Virus record (IMG/VR): IMGVR_UViG_3300032164_003159
Coordinates: 1-61,265 of that record
Source of the DNA: a virus
Lineage: Duplodnaviria; Caudoviricetes
DNA length: 61,265 nt
Strand: one strand, 5' to 3'
Below, in pieces: positions 17,801 through 27,565 of the stretch. Made by a program: the position numbers and the translations under genes. Each line of letters starts with the position of its first letter. Position 1 is the first letter of the stretch. The notes under the pieces were generated by a model. It did no database searches, was not told where the DNA came from, and worked only from the letters and a program-made list of their open reading frames with translations.

Positions 17801-20004
17801 AAACACTTCATATTTTGGTCTGCCCAGCATATCACTATTCCCTTTCCTTGCGCTCCCCACAGGTGTACCGTAGATCTATGCAGTACGTGCTTGCCAGATC
17901 CACTTGCTCAAGGATACAATCTGCAAGTGCGTAGTACCGTATCTCGCCCTTATACGTTATGGGAATCCGAAACTGCGCAGATTTGACTAGGGCATTGCAC
18001 ACTTCTGGGGCCGGTTGATCCTGTAACTTATTATCCGCACAGCACGATAACGCAACACCGCATCGTCCTCCTTGACTTATGCCTTCCGATGAGCATCCAT
18101 TAGTTATCGGCGGGGTGATACTAACACCACACCCAGCTAACACTATTGCTAAGCTGGCCGCAATTATAATCTTCATTTACAAATTTCCTTGTCGTACTTT
18201 TTAATTAGCTTCTTGGCAAACTTGACCGTCAGGATTTCCGTAACCGTAAGGTTTCTTTTGCGTGCTTCAATAAATGTTACAGCTACATCAATAAGTCCGA
18301 TGAAGTGGCTATGTAGATAATTTGGTATATTGATCGTTTTCATTTAGCTACCCTATGCCAAAAGTGTTTCCAGTTTAGTTTCTTTACCATCTCTCTTAGT
18401 TCATCAGGGAGACTCTTTATAATATACCCAGGTTTCGCACTCTCTGGGATCTCTTCTCCGCGCTCTATTGCCCGACGTGCGCGCTCCTTTGGTGGATTGC
18501 TGCTGACTAACGGCTCTAGCAGAACCAAATCCACTAGGTATTCCGCTAGTTCATGCAGCGTTCTTATCATTTGCGCATCTCTTCTTCCATCTGCTCAATT
18601 CTTTTCTTCATTACAGCTAACCTCTCTTCGTCTGATTGTGTGGCGGTGACTACAAAATCCACCTTCGGAACATAGATATAACCAGACTCGAAGAAGCTAC
18701 TCATCGGCATCGGTGTAATGAATTTCCTAACGATCCATATTTCGTATCGCTCTTCCGCCTTTTTAAACTTATGCTCCCACCACTTGCATTTCCACCAGAG
18801 CGGACGGAAGAGATTACAAATGCGGTTACGAATGTACCACCAGATGTAGCATTTTATCCAGCGTACAATCTTCATTTTACCTATTCGCTCTAACATCTTC
18901 GCACTGGTTATTAACCCCGCACTCGTTCTCACAGTCCTTGTTTTTCTTATGTGGATCCCTGTGCGTGCATTTGACATTTATGCAATAATTACTGACCTCG
19001 GCATAACATGCTCGCAATGGCGCTTCCTTCAAAACCTTTGCGCGTTTTGAGGGCTCTTTCTTTACTGGATCTGTACTCATCTTCATGTGCGGGCTTGTAC
19101 AAGCAAGTGCAAACTGACAACTATCGCAGTATGGATCCCTTCCCGGACACACATTATTAACTTTGTCCGCTGCAACGGCTGCCATACCACGCACTATATG
19201 CGCAACATCCTCTACTGTTTCTTTTTGAGCGGCCGGTACTTTATCATGATGTTCCTTAATCGCGGCCATGATCTGGTCACACTCATTCAAGCGTGCCTCC
19301 GCCTCGCAGCGCTTGCAGGTTTCACGGATGTCCCTCCTGGTAACTTTTCCATCAATCGTTGGACCTGGCCCGCACTCTTTCATTATGTGGTGGCACATCT
19401 TTATAATTTGCTCATCCAAAATCTTTTTGCGTTCGTCTTTTCGTATCCGTTCCTCTCGTTCCTCTCGTTGGTCCCGTTTGCATTCTGCCAAAATGGATAG
19501 CAATTCTGCCTCTCGCCATTTGGTACGCGCACGGCATTCACCCCGATCTAGTTCTGTACGCGAATTAATATTTGTGCACACCCCGTAGGTATGTCCTTCA
19601 GGATCCTTAAATGGTTGATTACACAGTGGGCAATCACTACAGGTATGTTTCTCACTTGTAGGCGCTGGTGTATCCTCAACTGGTAAGCAGTGTGCTCCCG
19701 GATGATACCCACACGCGGCGTGCGGCCCCCAGGAATGACCATGCGGCCCACGGATGGTGCAAGATATAGCATTACACGTTCCTTTGGCATCCTCGGTGCA
19801 CTGGTACATTTGCTCTGGTCCTCTAGGACGGTGCTGCGCCTCCAAGCCATTAATTCTGTCTTCCAGATTGGCTATGCGCTTATCCCGCGCCGCCCAACAC
19901 TCAGCAATATCAAAATAGCTTTGCATGTTTATCTCCTTACGCTCTTCCGCTTTGGCTTCTTGCGCTTTTTGTTGTTGCTCGTGTTGTGCCCGCCACAGCA
20001 ACAT
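14851..20004 (-). other. Run of about 13 tightly packed small hypothetical phage genes (14851-15264, 15246-15428, 15421-15798, 15795-16097, 16105-16329, 16339-16815, 16812-17072, 17069-17335, 17345-17860, 17835-18176, 18340-18570, 18567-18977, 18877-20004)
   Basis: ATGA-type stop/start overlaps and GGAG RBSs; many Cys-rich; 17835-18176 has a lipobox-like LAGC. Confidence 0.7.
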
Positions 20005-20181
20005 TTCTTTTTGGATCTGTTCTCTGGATCCTTACAGTTGCTGAAGCACACATGTTTCATTGGCGGCCCAGCAACAAAAGCCGATGTTGGTAGTACGAGT
20101 ATCTAGTATGCGCTCTGCAGCATCTCCAAGACAAATAAACTCTATGGATACGTTTGAGCATACCCATTGTCATTCCTCCTC

Positions 20182-20871
20182 CTAGTGTGCCTTGCGTTTA
20201 TTTAATTCTTTATGCGCCTTATCTAACATTCTACCTAGTTTAATTAGCTTACCCAGAAGATCTCCCTTGTCATTTTGTAGTGTATAGATCTGGCTGCGCA
20301 GACGACTAACTTCTAATTCAAGTGCAACTGTATGGCTATGCGCGTGCTCGTATACCTCGTTTGATGTCTTGTAAGATCCACGAACTTTGTTCTCTATAGC
20401 GGACTGCAACTGTAGATTGGTATTGTTTAACTCTTCGATTAGTTGCAACTTGACAGCGGCAATGTCATTGTTTATGTTTGCCACAGCGTCTGCGGGGACA
20501 TGTGACCAGTACTCTTTATAATGTTCAATTTGCCCGTCCAGGTCGATTGGCCTACCTTGTAGATGCTTGTGGAAAGAGTTAAGAATGATTCCGGACATGT
20601 CGTCCGGATGAAATATCTCATTAGACTTGAACCAAAGCACTAATGGGCTATTTTCTTCCCACAGCTTCCACCGATTGCGAAGCTCTCTTCCAAAACCGTG
20701 GTGGAAAACGCCTGGTGCCCTGGTGCGCAATTCTATCTTGGCAGAGACGGGCAGCGTACGATCCAGTAAGTCTATCGCCTCTGTAAGGTTCTTAGGGACT
20801 ACATTCCAAAGTTCACCGAGGTCTACGCTTTCTTTTTCCTTGTCCGTGGCGTTGTTTAACATTAGGCGCAC
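20182..20871 (-). CDS. DUF6794-like protein with a coiled-coil tail
   Basis: HHGFGRELRNRWKLW...HPDDMSGII. Confidence 0.55.
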   Translation of the reverse strand: MRLMLNNATDKEKESVDLGELWNVVPKNLTEAIDLLDRTLPVSAKIELRTRAPGVFHHGFGRELRNRWKLWEENSPLVLWFKSNEIFHPDDMSGIILNSFHKHLQGRPIDLDGQIEHYKEYWSHVPADAVANINNDIAAVKLQLIEELNNTNLQLQSAIENKVRGSYKTSNEVYEHAHSHTVALELEVSRLRSQIYTLQNDKGDLLGKLIKLGRMLDKAHKELNKRKAH

Positions 20872-21215
20872 CTTTTCGTGTTTCTTTCTTCAGCGCCTTG
20901 ATAATCCATTCAAACAGAGAAAGATTATCAAGCATAACCATCAACAAACCCTTAGCCGAGAAATCTATTGCCTGTTCGAATGGTTTCTCTGCTGCCTTGC
21001 TCTTTTGAAATGCCGCGTCCAGATCAAAATGTGATGCTACAGCATGGGCCAACTCATGGAATATTGTTTCTACCTGCGCTGTTAACCCTAATTCCTTCAA
21101 ACCAGAATCCAATTTTATTACTTTGCTGACCGTGTCGCATACACCGTGAAACTTGTCATCTTTTTTGTAAACTATTCGGTATATGTCCTCGCCAACCTTG
21201 ACTTTTCTTATATTC
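20813..21215 (-). CDS. HExxH metallopeptidase-like protein; 5' end apparently interrupted by the TnpB element
   Basis: ETIFHELAHAVA; the reading frame begins exactly at the IS right end. Confidence 0.6.
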
Positions 21216-22415
21216 TTGAACCTCCCCCCAGCTAAAGCCGGTGGATTCCTGACGGAGTTACGCGACATCGCGGCTCCTCTCGTGGCTCGTTCCGAGCCCG
21301 GCAAGTAGCGTGTTACGAGCCGCGTTTACATCGCGGTCGTGCGTAGACCCACAATCCACACAGCGCCATTGCCTCACCGCAAGCTCGCTCAATCCTGTAG
21401 GACCAGAACGGCTCCCACAGTTCGAGCAAGTCATGGTGGTATTTCTGCTGTCTACGAGAACACATTTCCTACCATGATTATCACTCTTGTAGAAAACGAA
21501 GTTCCGTAGTTGGCTAATTCCTGCATCCCCAATTGACTTTCCAAACCGGCGCGCTTGTCCTTTGAGATTATCGTTTGTGATATAGAGTTCAGCATAATTC
21601 TGTACAAGATCTTTGGAGATTTTGTGGTTATAATCCTTTCTGCGATTGGCAATTTTTTCATGCAATCTGGCTGCTAACTTCTTCCTGTTTCCTCTCTGTG
21701 CTTGTGCTAATTTTTTCTGTCCTTTAATAAAGTTCCTTTGATTTTCATACTTGGTTCCATCACTAAGTACTGCTAAATGTTTGAAACCAGTATCAATACC
21801 AACCTTCTTGGTTGTTTCATAGACTTTGAAAGTGTGGTTAGCGTCCAGTATTAGTTGGAGATACCAACCGGATGCTTTCTTTACAATTCTTCCTCGCTTG
21901 ATTTTTCCTTTTGGAAGGTCTTGTTTGAAATACCGAATCCTTCCTAATCCTGGAAGATTGATCTTTCCGTTCTTGAACCGAGATACGGGGATAATATCTG
22001 GAAATTGGATGGATCGTAGTTTGTTGCGGATCCCTTTTAGTTTCGGTTTCCTTGCTAATTTCTTGAAGCAGCGTTTCCAAGAATTGTAAGCGCCCATCAG
22101 AGTTGCTTGAAGGGTATGGGAGGGAATCTCAAGTTTATCGGAATGATTAGAGCAAAGGTTACAAAAATCAAACGATGAAAAGTATAGTTTGTCTTTTGCA
22201 TTTAGTTCTATCTTCCTAATGCCAAAATTGTAAATACCTGTCAAAATCCACAACCACTCGTTTAGAGTAGATTCCAGTCTCTTTGCCGGTCTGAGTTTTA
22301 GTTCTCTTACTAACATTACAACTTTCTCATTCGCTTGACTACATGCCTAAAGGTAACGGTAGTTGACGGTATTATCCTACATTGGATCATACCAGAAGAA
22401 CTTGGATTATTTCAA
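21216..22415 (-). mobile_element. Non-autonomous IS200/IS605-family element (tnpB only)
   Basis: Right end GGAATCCACCGGCTTTAGCTGGGGGAGGTTCAA (typical hairpin plus TCAA) ending at 21216; left boundary approximate; no tnpA in the window. Confidence 0.7.
21258..22316 (-). CDS. tnpB: TnpB RNA-guided nuclease homolog
   Basis: N-terminal LKLRP HTH, RuvC-I VGIDTG, zinc finger CSNCG...CVDCG, RuvC-III DRDVNAARN. Confidence 0.92.
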   Translation of the reverse strand: MLVRELKLRPAKRLESTLNEWLWILTGIYNFGIRKIELNAKDKLYFSSFDFCNLCSNHSDKLEIPSHTLQATLMGAYNSWKRCFKKLARKPKLKGIRNKLRSIQFPDIIPVSRFKNGKINLPGLGRIRYFKQDLPKGKIKRGRIVKKASGWYLQLILDANHTFKVYETTKKVGIDTGFKHLAVLSDGTKYENQRNFIKGQKKLAQAQRGNRKKLAARLHEKIANRRKDYNHKISKDLVQNYAELYITNDNLKGQARRFGKSIGDAGISQLRNFVFYKSDNHGRKCVLVDSRNTTMTCSNCGSRSGPTGLSELAVRQWRCVDCGSTHDRDVNAARNTLLAGLGTSHERSRDVA

Positions 22416-22442
22416 TTAGTGTCCGTAGACATGGCACTGTCC

Positions 22443-22658
22443 TTACTCTTCTTCCACTGCCCAAACTGGTTCAAAGCCAATGACCTTCAGCATTTTTGTC
22501 ATACGAATCTTAGCGCTCTTCTTGTCTTCATCTTCCATATGAATGCTAAGCTTGTGCTCTCCCCAGGCAACCGTAGCAATGTCGTAAACGCCCTTTCGTG
22601 AACGGATTCTCTTGATAATGCACTGAGCTTGTTTACGTGTTTTGGCCGGCTCTTCCAT
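22443..22658 (-). CDS. Hypothetical protein
   Basis: AAGGTG RBS; in the gene run. Confidence 0.6.
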   Translation of the reverse strand: MEEPAKTRKQAQCIIKRIRSRKGVYDIATVAWGEHKLSIHMEDEDKKSAKIRMTKMLKVIGFEPVWAVEEE

Positions 22659-22686
22659 GTGTCACCTTATGTATCATACTCCATAA

Positions 22687-23337
22687 TTACACATTCTTGA
22701 GATGCGCAAAGTCCCTGAACTTTAGCTTTGTAATGATGCGACCACCAGCGCGGCTAGCCATAAAGATCACTGGGCGCAGTACAATCCCCTCGGCCTGGAA
22801 TGGGTTAGTGGGGTTCCACTTTGAAAAGAACCCAGCCTTGACAAATTCTACGGCCTCTGGAATAGTTCCTATACCCATCACAGGCACAAAATCAATGCCC
22901 AGCTTCACAGCAATATCGACCACGTTTGGTTGTAGAAGCCACCAACGGCCAACACGAACGTCAAATAGTACAAAACTCGGATCGTCACGGTATTTCCCCC
23001 CTTTGTTAATCTTCGATCCGTAGCATTCTCCATAAAGAACTACCAAATTCTCTGGATTGTTTATATCTGGAGGAAATTGCGCCGCCAATTTCTCAGCAGG
23101 AAACATACCGCGCAATGTTTCAAGGGGGAAGGCAGGCATAACAGCCATGTCTGTCTTTCCTCCAAACTGCACGGTCTTGCCATCCCATATTACACGGCAA
23201 TTCATGCCGTCCACCTTCTCTGTCCACATCCATTGGTTGCCTGCTAGGTATTCGATTTCGGGGGTGGCGTACTGTCCTATAATAAAGTGTTTGTGCTCGT
23301 CCCGTTTGAATACTGAATTTATCTTCGGGTACTCCAT
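22687..23337 (-). CDS. ATP-dependent RNA ligase (Rnl2-like); start MEYPKI
   Basis: Motif I TEKVDGMN, LYGECYG, FVLFDV, EGIVLRP, KLK. Confidence 0.85.
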   Translation of the reverse strand: MEYPKINSVFKRDEHKHFIIGQYATPEIEYLAGNQWMWTEKVDGMNCRVIWDGKTVQFGGKTDMAVMPAFPLETLRGMFPAEKLAAQFPPDINNPENLVVLYGECYGSKINKGGKYRDDPSFVLFDVRVGRWWLLQPNVVDIAVKLGIDFVPVMGIGTIPEAVEFVKAGFFSKWNPTNPFQAEGIVLRPVIFMASRAGGRIITKLKFRDFAHLKNV

Positions 23338-23339
23338 GA

Positions 23340-23720
23340 CTAACAAGTTTCCTCCTTCCCTGCAGCGATCATTCCATCGACTAAGGATCGCAGCACTTTC
23401 CGTTCCCCAGTCTTGGCAAAGCCAGAGGCCCACAGTATAGCGATTAGTTCATTCACGCGCTTCTTGGTTTCCTTGGACAGTTCCCGCGTGTAGATCGCAT
23501 GCCCAACGTCCCGCGCCTCTTTCTTCGCACGCCTGACCCGACGCTTGTCCAGCACCTTCTGTGCCTTCACAGGAAGCGCTCCCTTGGCCTTGCGAGCCAT
23601 GGCTACCTCGACAGGGTCGTCCTCTGGCGGAGGGGTCTTGGGAGTAGGGAACACAGCAGGGGTTGTCTTACCGGTATTGTCGATAACATGAATCCGCTTC
23701 TCCGTCTTCGTTTCGGACAT
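23340..23720 (-). CDS. Basic hypothetical protein with its own promoter
   Basis: TTGACA-N17-TATATT promoter and GGGAGG RBS. Confidence 0.7.
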   Translation of the reverse strand: MSETKTEKRIHVIDNTGKTTPAVFPTPKTPPPEDDPVEVAMARKAKGALPVKAQKVLDKRRVRRAKKEARDVGHAIYTRELSKETKKRVNELIAILWASGFAKTGERKVLRSLVDGMIAAGKEETC

Positions 23721-23759
23721 GCATTACCTCCCAGCGCGTTAACTTAATATAAGCACTGT

Positions 23760-24785
23760 TTAGTGTTTGTCAAGTATGGACTTTCGCAGCAGGTGTTGAT
23801 TACTGTGAATACCAATTCTACTGGAAAATTCATCGCTAGATATTTTTCTGCTGTCCATTTTCTTCAGCATGTCAAGTGTGCTTTCGAAATCATTTCCTAA
23901 GCACTTTACACTAATGACTAACTCAGCGAGAGCAGCGAATGACAATCCATCACTTCGCGCTACCCACTCTGCCAATTCCCCGCCATTTATTTTTAGCTTA
24001 GTGCTAAGATAAATTCTTCGTGTCTCCTTAGACGGTGGCTCTACCTTTATAACTCTGTCAAATCGTCTTGGGCGGGCCACCAATCTACGATCCAACCGCT
24101 CTGGATAATTAGTGGTGGCTATATTCAAAACTTTATCTATTTGATATTCACCATCGAGCAGTGCTAAAAGTTCATCGTCACCATGGTGTGATACAATTGC
24201 GTCGATATCCTCGAATATACATATGATGCGGCGGTCCCGCTCAATCTTACGAAATGTTACCAGCGCGTCTTTCAGGATGGACGGGTGTGCACATACCATT
24301 ACGATTCCGCCGGACATTACAATTTTATTAGAGACTAGTTGAACTACTGCTGTCTTACCCCCACCAGCAATACCATATAGTAAGTATCCTCTCCTGTGTA
24401 GAAATCCATAATCATGAAATATCTTCTCGCGTGTCCAAAAAGATTCAATCTCGTCACAGATTAGTTTTGGCAGGCCGTCTGGAAAATCTATGAGCGCGTC
24501 TACTTTGATGTCCATCTTTTCAAATCTAATTCCCTGTTGTGTTCGGTGTTGGTTGTACACGCCGGGTGGAAGTATTGGGATGGTTTGCCCAACTGCTAAA
24601 TATTCGTCATGGCCCGAGATAGCCCATTGGGTAAGCTGACTACCATACCCGCGTTCTTTAGACTCACAAGGATCGCATGGGGCTACTGATTCGCACTGTG
24701 CTTTAGAGGGCACTATGTTTTCGTTGCTATTTTTTTGGTCGGTTCCGAATTCATTAAGGGGATCGGACTTAGTCTCATCTGCCAT
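23760..24785 (-). CDS. AAA+ ATPase
   Basis: Walker A GYLLYGIAGGGKT, Walker B IFEDID, TTNYPERLD..L..RP.RFD. Confidence 0.9.
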   Translation of the reverse strand: MADETKSDPLNEFGTDQKNSNENIVPSKAQCESVAPCDPCESKERGYGSQLTQWAISGHDEYLAVGQTIPILPPGVYNQHRTQQGIRFEKMDIKVDALIDFPDGLPKLICDEIESFWTREKIFHDYGFLHRRGYLLYGIAGGGKTAVVQLVSNKIVMSGGIVMVCAHPSILKDALVTFRKIERDRRIICIFEDIDAIVSHHGDDELLALLDGEYQIDKVLNIATTNYPERLDRRLVARPRRFDRVIKVEPPSKETRRIYLSTKLKINGGELAEWVARSDGLSFAALAELVISVKCLGNDFESTLDMLKKMDSRKISSDEFSSRIGIHSNQHLLRKSILDKH

Positions 24786-24962
24786 AATGTTCTCCTATAC
24801 GTCTGGAACCTTTTTGGACTTCCAACTGCGCAAACAAAATGAATTCCCAATGTATTTCTTACGCTTGCGCTTTTGACGCCTCGCTGGCTTATCGCATCGT
24901 TGCGGGCATACTCGTGCCGTCTTCTGGCTCATTACAGGCATTATACTTCGAAATTCACGAGT

Positions 24963-25226
24963 TTAGTTGTTGGACTTTTTGTAACTAAAGATCTTGGCTT
25001 TGACCCCGATGAATGTTCCTACAGCATTTCCACAAGCGTATCCTAGAAGCAACCAGTAATCTTTTGTAGCGGTGTACTCACTTACAACAAGAATCGCCAT
25101 CAGGGAAATGATCAGAGAGAGGAAAGACGCCAGGCAGGGCCGGTTTGAAATAACGGACTTCTGATAATGAACTAGCAGAAAGTCCATTCCAAGACCAAGC
25201 GCGAAGTATAAAGCGAACGACAGCAT
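24963..25226 (-). CDS. Small membrane protein (about 3 TM)
   Basis: Hydrophobic helices; YACGNAVGTFIG. Confidence 0.65.
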   Translation of the reverse strand: MLSFALYFALGLGMDFLLVHYQKSVISNRPCLASFLSLIISLMAILVVSEYTATKDYWLLLGYACGNAVGTFIGVKAKIFSYKKSNN

Positions 25227-25292
25227 GTCCTACTCGCTTCAGCGGAGGTTCTTCTACAGGTGATGCGTCTTGTTCCTTGTCCATTTCAAAAC

Positions 25293-25796
25293 CCTTGCTA
25301 AGCCTTGCAACGCCCTGCCACGCCCTACCGTGCAACGCCCTGCCCAGCTACACCCAGCCGCGTACCGCCGCAAACACCTTTCAATCGACAATATTGCTAT
25401 GCCTTGCCCAGCCAGGCCGCGCTCTGCCACGCCCTGCCGCGCCGCTCCCAGCCCAGCGCACTTATAGTCTAACTTAGATTTACAGGATTGTAAACTGCTG
25501 TCAACAAACTAGCCTTGCCTAGCTATGCAGCGCCCAGCCCAGCCACGCAACGCCCTGCCACGCACGTCCGCGCATCGCCAAGCCTCGCCGCGTACACAGC
25601 GAACTACGAAAACTTGTAAAACAATCCTTGCCGCGCATAGCCGTGCCGCGCCGTACCCTGCCACGCCCAGCCGATCTTCGCCGGGTATTTATAGAACTAT
25701 ACATTTTATATTATAAAACGTTTGCCTTGCCGTGCTCTGCCCGGCCTCGCAATGCCGCGCCAGGCGCAGCCGGTCCGTGCCGTTCCTGGCATCGCC
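25293..25796 (-). repeat. Array of five (GGC-NN)n pentamer units with AT-rich linkers; candidate guide-RNA array
   Basis: Units 25722-25796 (15 pentamers), 25626-25682 (11), 25510-25589 (16), 25394-25458 (13), 25293-25369 (15). Strict 5-nt phase; each has NGCAAGG at or near its 3' end. Confidence 0.9.
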
Positions 25797-25801
25797 ACGA
25801 G

Positions 25802-26410
25802 CTAAGCCTTAAATTCCATTGACTTGAACTCTACCAACCGGAATTTTCCGAAGTGTGGACGGAACGTGCCAAGACCTACACAGAGCCCGCCTTCCTCGAA
25901 GATTCTCTTCAGGTCTTGTACTTCTAATTCCTTAGACGGCAGAACAATCAGGTGGAACGTTATCTCCCAAGGGGTAGGAAGCACAGGCCTGCTCTTAGGA
26001 TTTGGAATACCCTTGGGCAATCTAGCAACGGCATGATGAATATACATACCAGAGAGCGCATCCTTACCATCATCGTCGAACTTTCCAATCTTTATGGGCT
26101 TGCCCTTCTTAGTAAATACAATCTCATCCTCTTCGATAGTTACAGCAGTTGCGATGCTGCGGGCAACCTTCTTATACGTCCTTGAGTCGAATAGGATTTT
26201 CGTGGCGCTGGGCGTATTTTCTGCGGTTAGAAAGCTTGATATATTTGTCGATGGCAGAACGAGTGTTTTTCCGTCGGCGGCGAGATACATCTTTTCTTGT
26301 GGATTCAGTTCCGTCCTGTTTGACCCTGGATAGCGGTCGAACATTATCCCACGCATCCCAGTAATCCCCTGCAAGACAAGCTTGATCCGTGTCGGCTTTG
26401 AGATCGCCAT
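25802..26410 (-). CDS. Solo RAMP/Cas7-like protein
   Basis: N-terminal strand I.L.LQG...IMF, LVLPS.NI..FL, R P....W...F.L, and C-terminal glycine-rich loop GLGTFRPHFGKF typical of RAMP proteins. Confidence 0.7.
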   Translation of the reverse strand: MAISKPTRIKLVLQGITGMRGIMFDRYPGSNRTELNPQEKMYLAADGKTLVLPSTNISSFLTAENTPSATKILFDSRTYKKVARSIATAVTIEEDEIVFTKKGKPIKIGKFDDDGKDALSGMYIHHAVARLPKGIPNPKSRPVLPTPWEITFHLIVLPSKELEVQDLKRIFEEGGLCVGLGTFRPHFGKFRLVEFKSMEFKA

Positions 26411-26443
26411 TCTGATCCTCCGTTTCGTTTTCGATTATTAAAC

Positions 26444-27196
26444 CTAAATCTTTTCTACTGGTGCTACCTGAAATGGTTCGTGTACTAAAAGTTCTTGCCA
26501 TCTGTAGTCCTCCCTACTTTTTATGTCAAAGTAGAGGAACCCTACGTCTATAATACCTTGACAAATGCGTGTACCGAAATCGCTGCTAAGCTGGAGCCCC
26601 GGAGTAGTGAGTGCCAATCCGAAGCGGGTCTTGGCCATAACATGGTAATGCACGTGGCTACGAACAACCACATCAGCCTTTACATTTTCCTTTACACACG
26701 CTCCTAGGATAGTCCAAAGCTGTTCTCTTAGAAGCGCGGTGGCTCGCCCATGTGGAACAGTGGAGGAACTGATCTTGTGCCTGAAGTTGAACATGCAGCC
26801 ATTTACATCCAAGGACATCGCAAGATCGAATCTCGCGCCAAGGTAATCAGCCAGGATCTTTTCGAAGTTCTCTTCCTGGCCAGTGTGATATGGTGTGCCG
26901 GCTATTATATAAACTTTCTTGGCATCGAACTGGTTTATGCACTCCATCGCCATTCGAACCTGTTCCTCACGATCCGTAGTGATCAATTCGTTGCCACCGC
27001 TCTTTGGAGACTTCCCGTCAATCGCATCGCCATTGCACACTAATGCGTCAACCGGCCCGAGCGCCTTGGCCTGCTTCTCATACCATTTCCATAATTTCTT
27101 TTGTACTACGGTGGTTTGCCAGCCTTCTCTTGAAGGCGGAACCATGCCCAATTTGTGACCGCAATGCAAATCACTAATTATTACGAGTCTTTTCAT
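26444..27196 (-). CDS. Calcineurin-like metallophosphoesterase
   Basis: ISDLHCGH, NGDAIDG, GT.YH, SHVH. Confidence 0.8.
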   Translation of the reverse strand: MKRLVIISDLHCGHKLGMVPPSREGWQTTVVQKKLWKWYEKQAKALGPVDALVCNGDAIDGKSPKSGGNELITTDREEQVRMAMECINQFDAKKVYIIAGTPYHTGQEENFEKILADYLGARFDLAMSLDVNGCMFNFRHKISSSTVPHGRATALLREQLWTILGACVKENVKADVVVRSHVHYHVMAKTRFGLALTTPGLQLSSDFGTRICQGIIDVGFLYFDIKSREDYRWQELLVHEPFQVAPVEKI

Positions 27197-27565
27197 GGGT
27201 TACCTCTTACAGCTATAATACTGTAAATCGAGGAACCCGATTAAAATACTGTCTGGGAGGCTTTTAGAGGGCTTTTGGAGGTTAGTTACTTCTTGGCTTT
27301 ATCTTTGCATCCGGACAGTACACCATCTAGAAACTTACAAAACTCGTCCACAAAACTGGTCTTGTTCTCGGCCGCTTCCTTGTTTAGCTTTTGCACAACT
27401 GGGCTTTTCATCCAGTGCACAAGCACTACAGAAGCTGACGGAGGTTCTTCCAACATTCTCCTACCACAACACTGGTACTTCTCTGCATCTTCCATGAGCA
27501 TAATGTTTGCTCTAGGAACATTCTTGGTCTTGCAGCAGACATGGCACCACAGCACTGTTTTGCCC

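Noticed and set aside
25293-25796. Canonical CRISPR array or simple microsatellite
   Set aside because: There are no identical 25-40 bp direct repeats, and variation concentrates in two of every five positions, unlike slippage repeats.
25270-25822. Short ORFs on both strands over the pentamer array (RRGLAMRGRAWQG, PCPARPR types)
   Set aside because: They are translations of a 5-nt periodic repeat with no RBS; a period of 5 does not fit codon structure.
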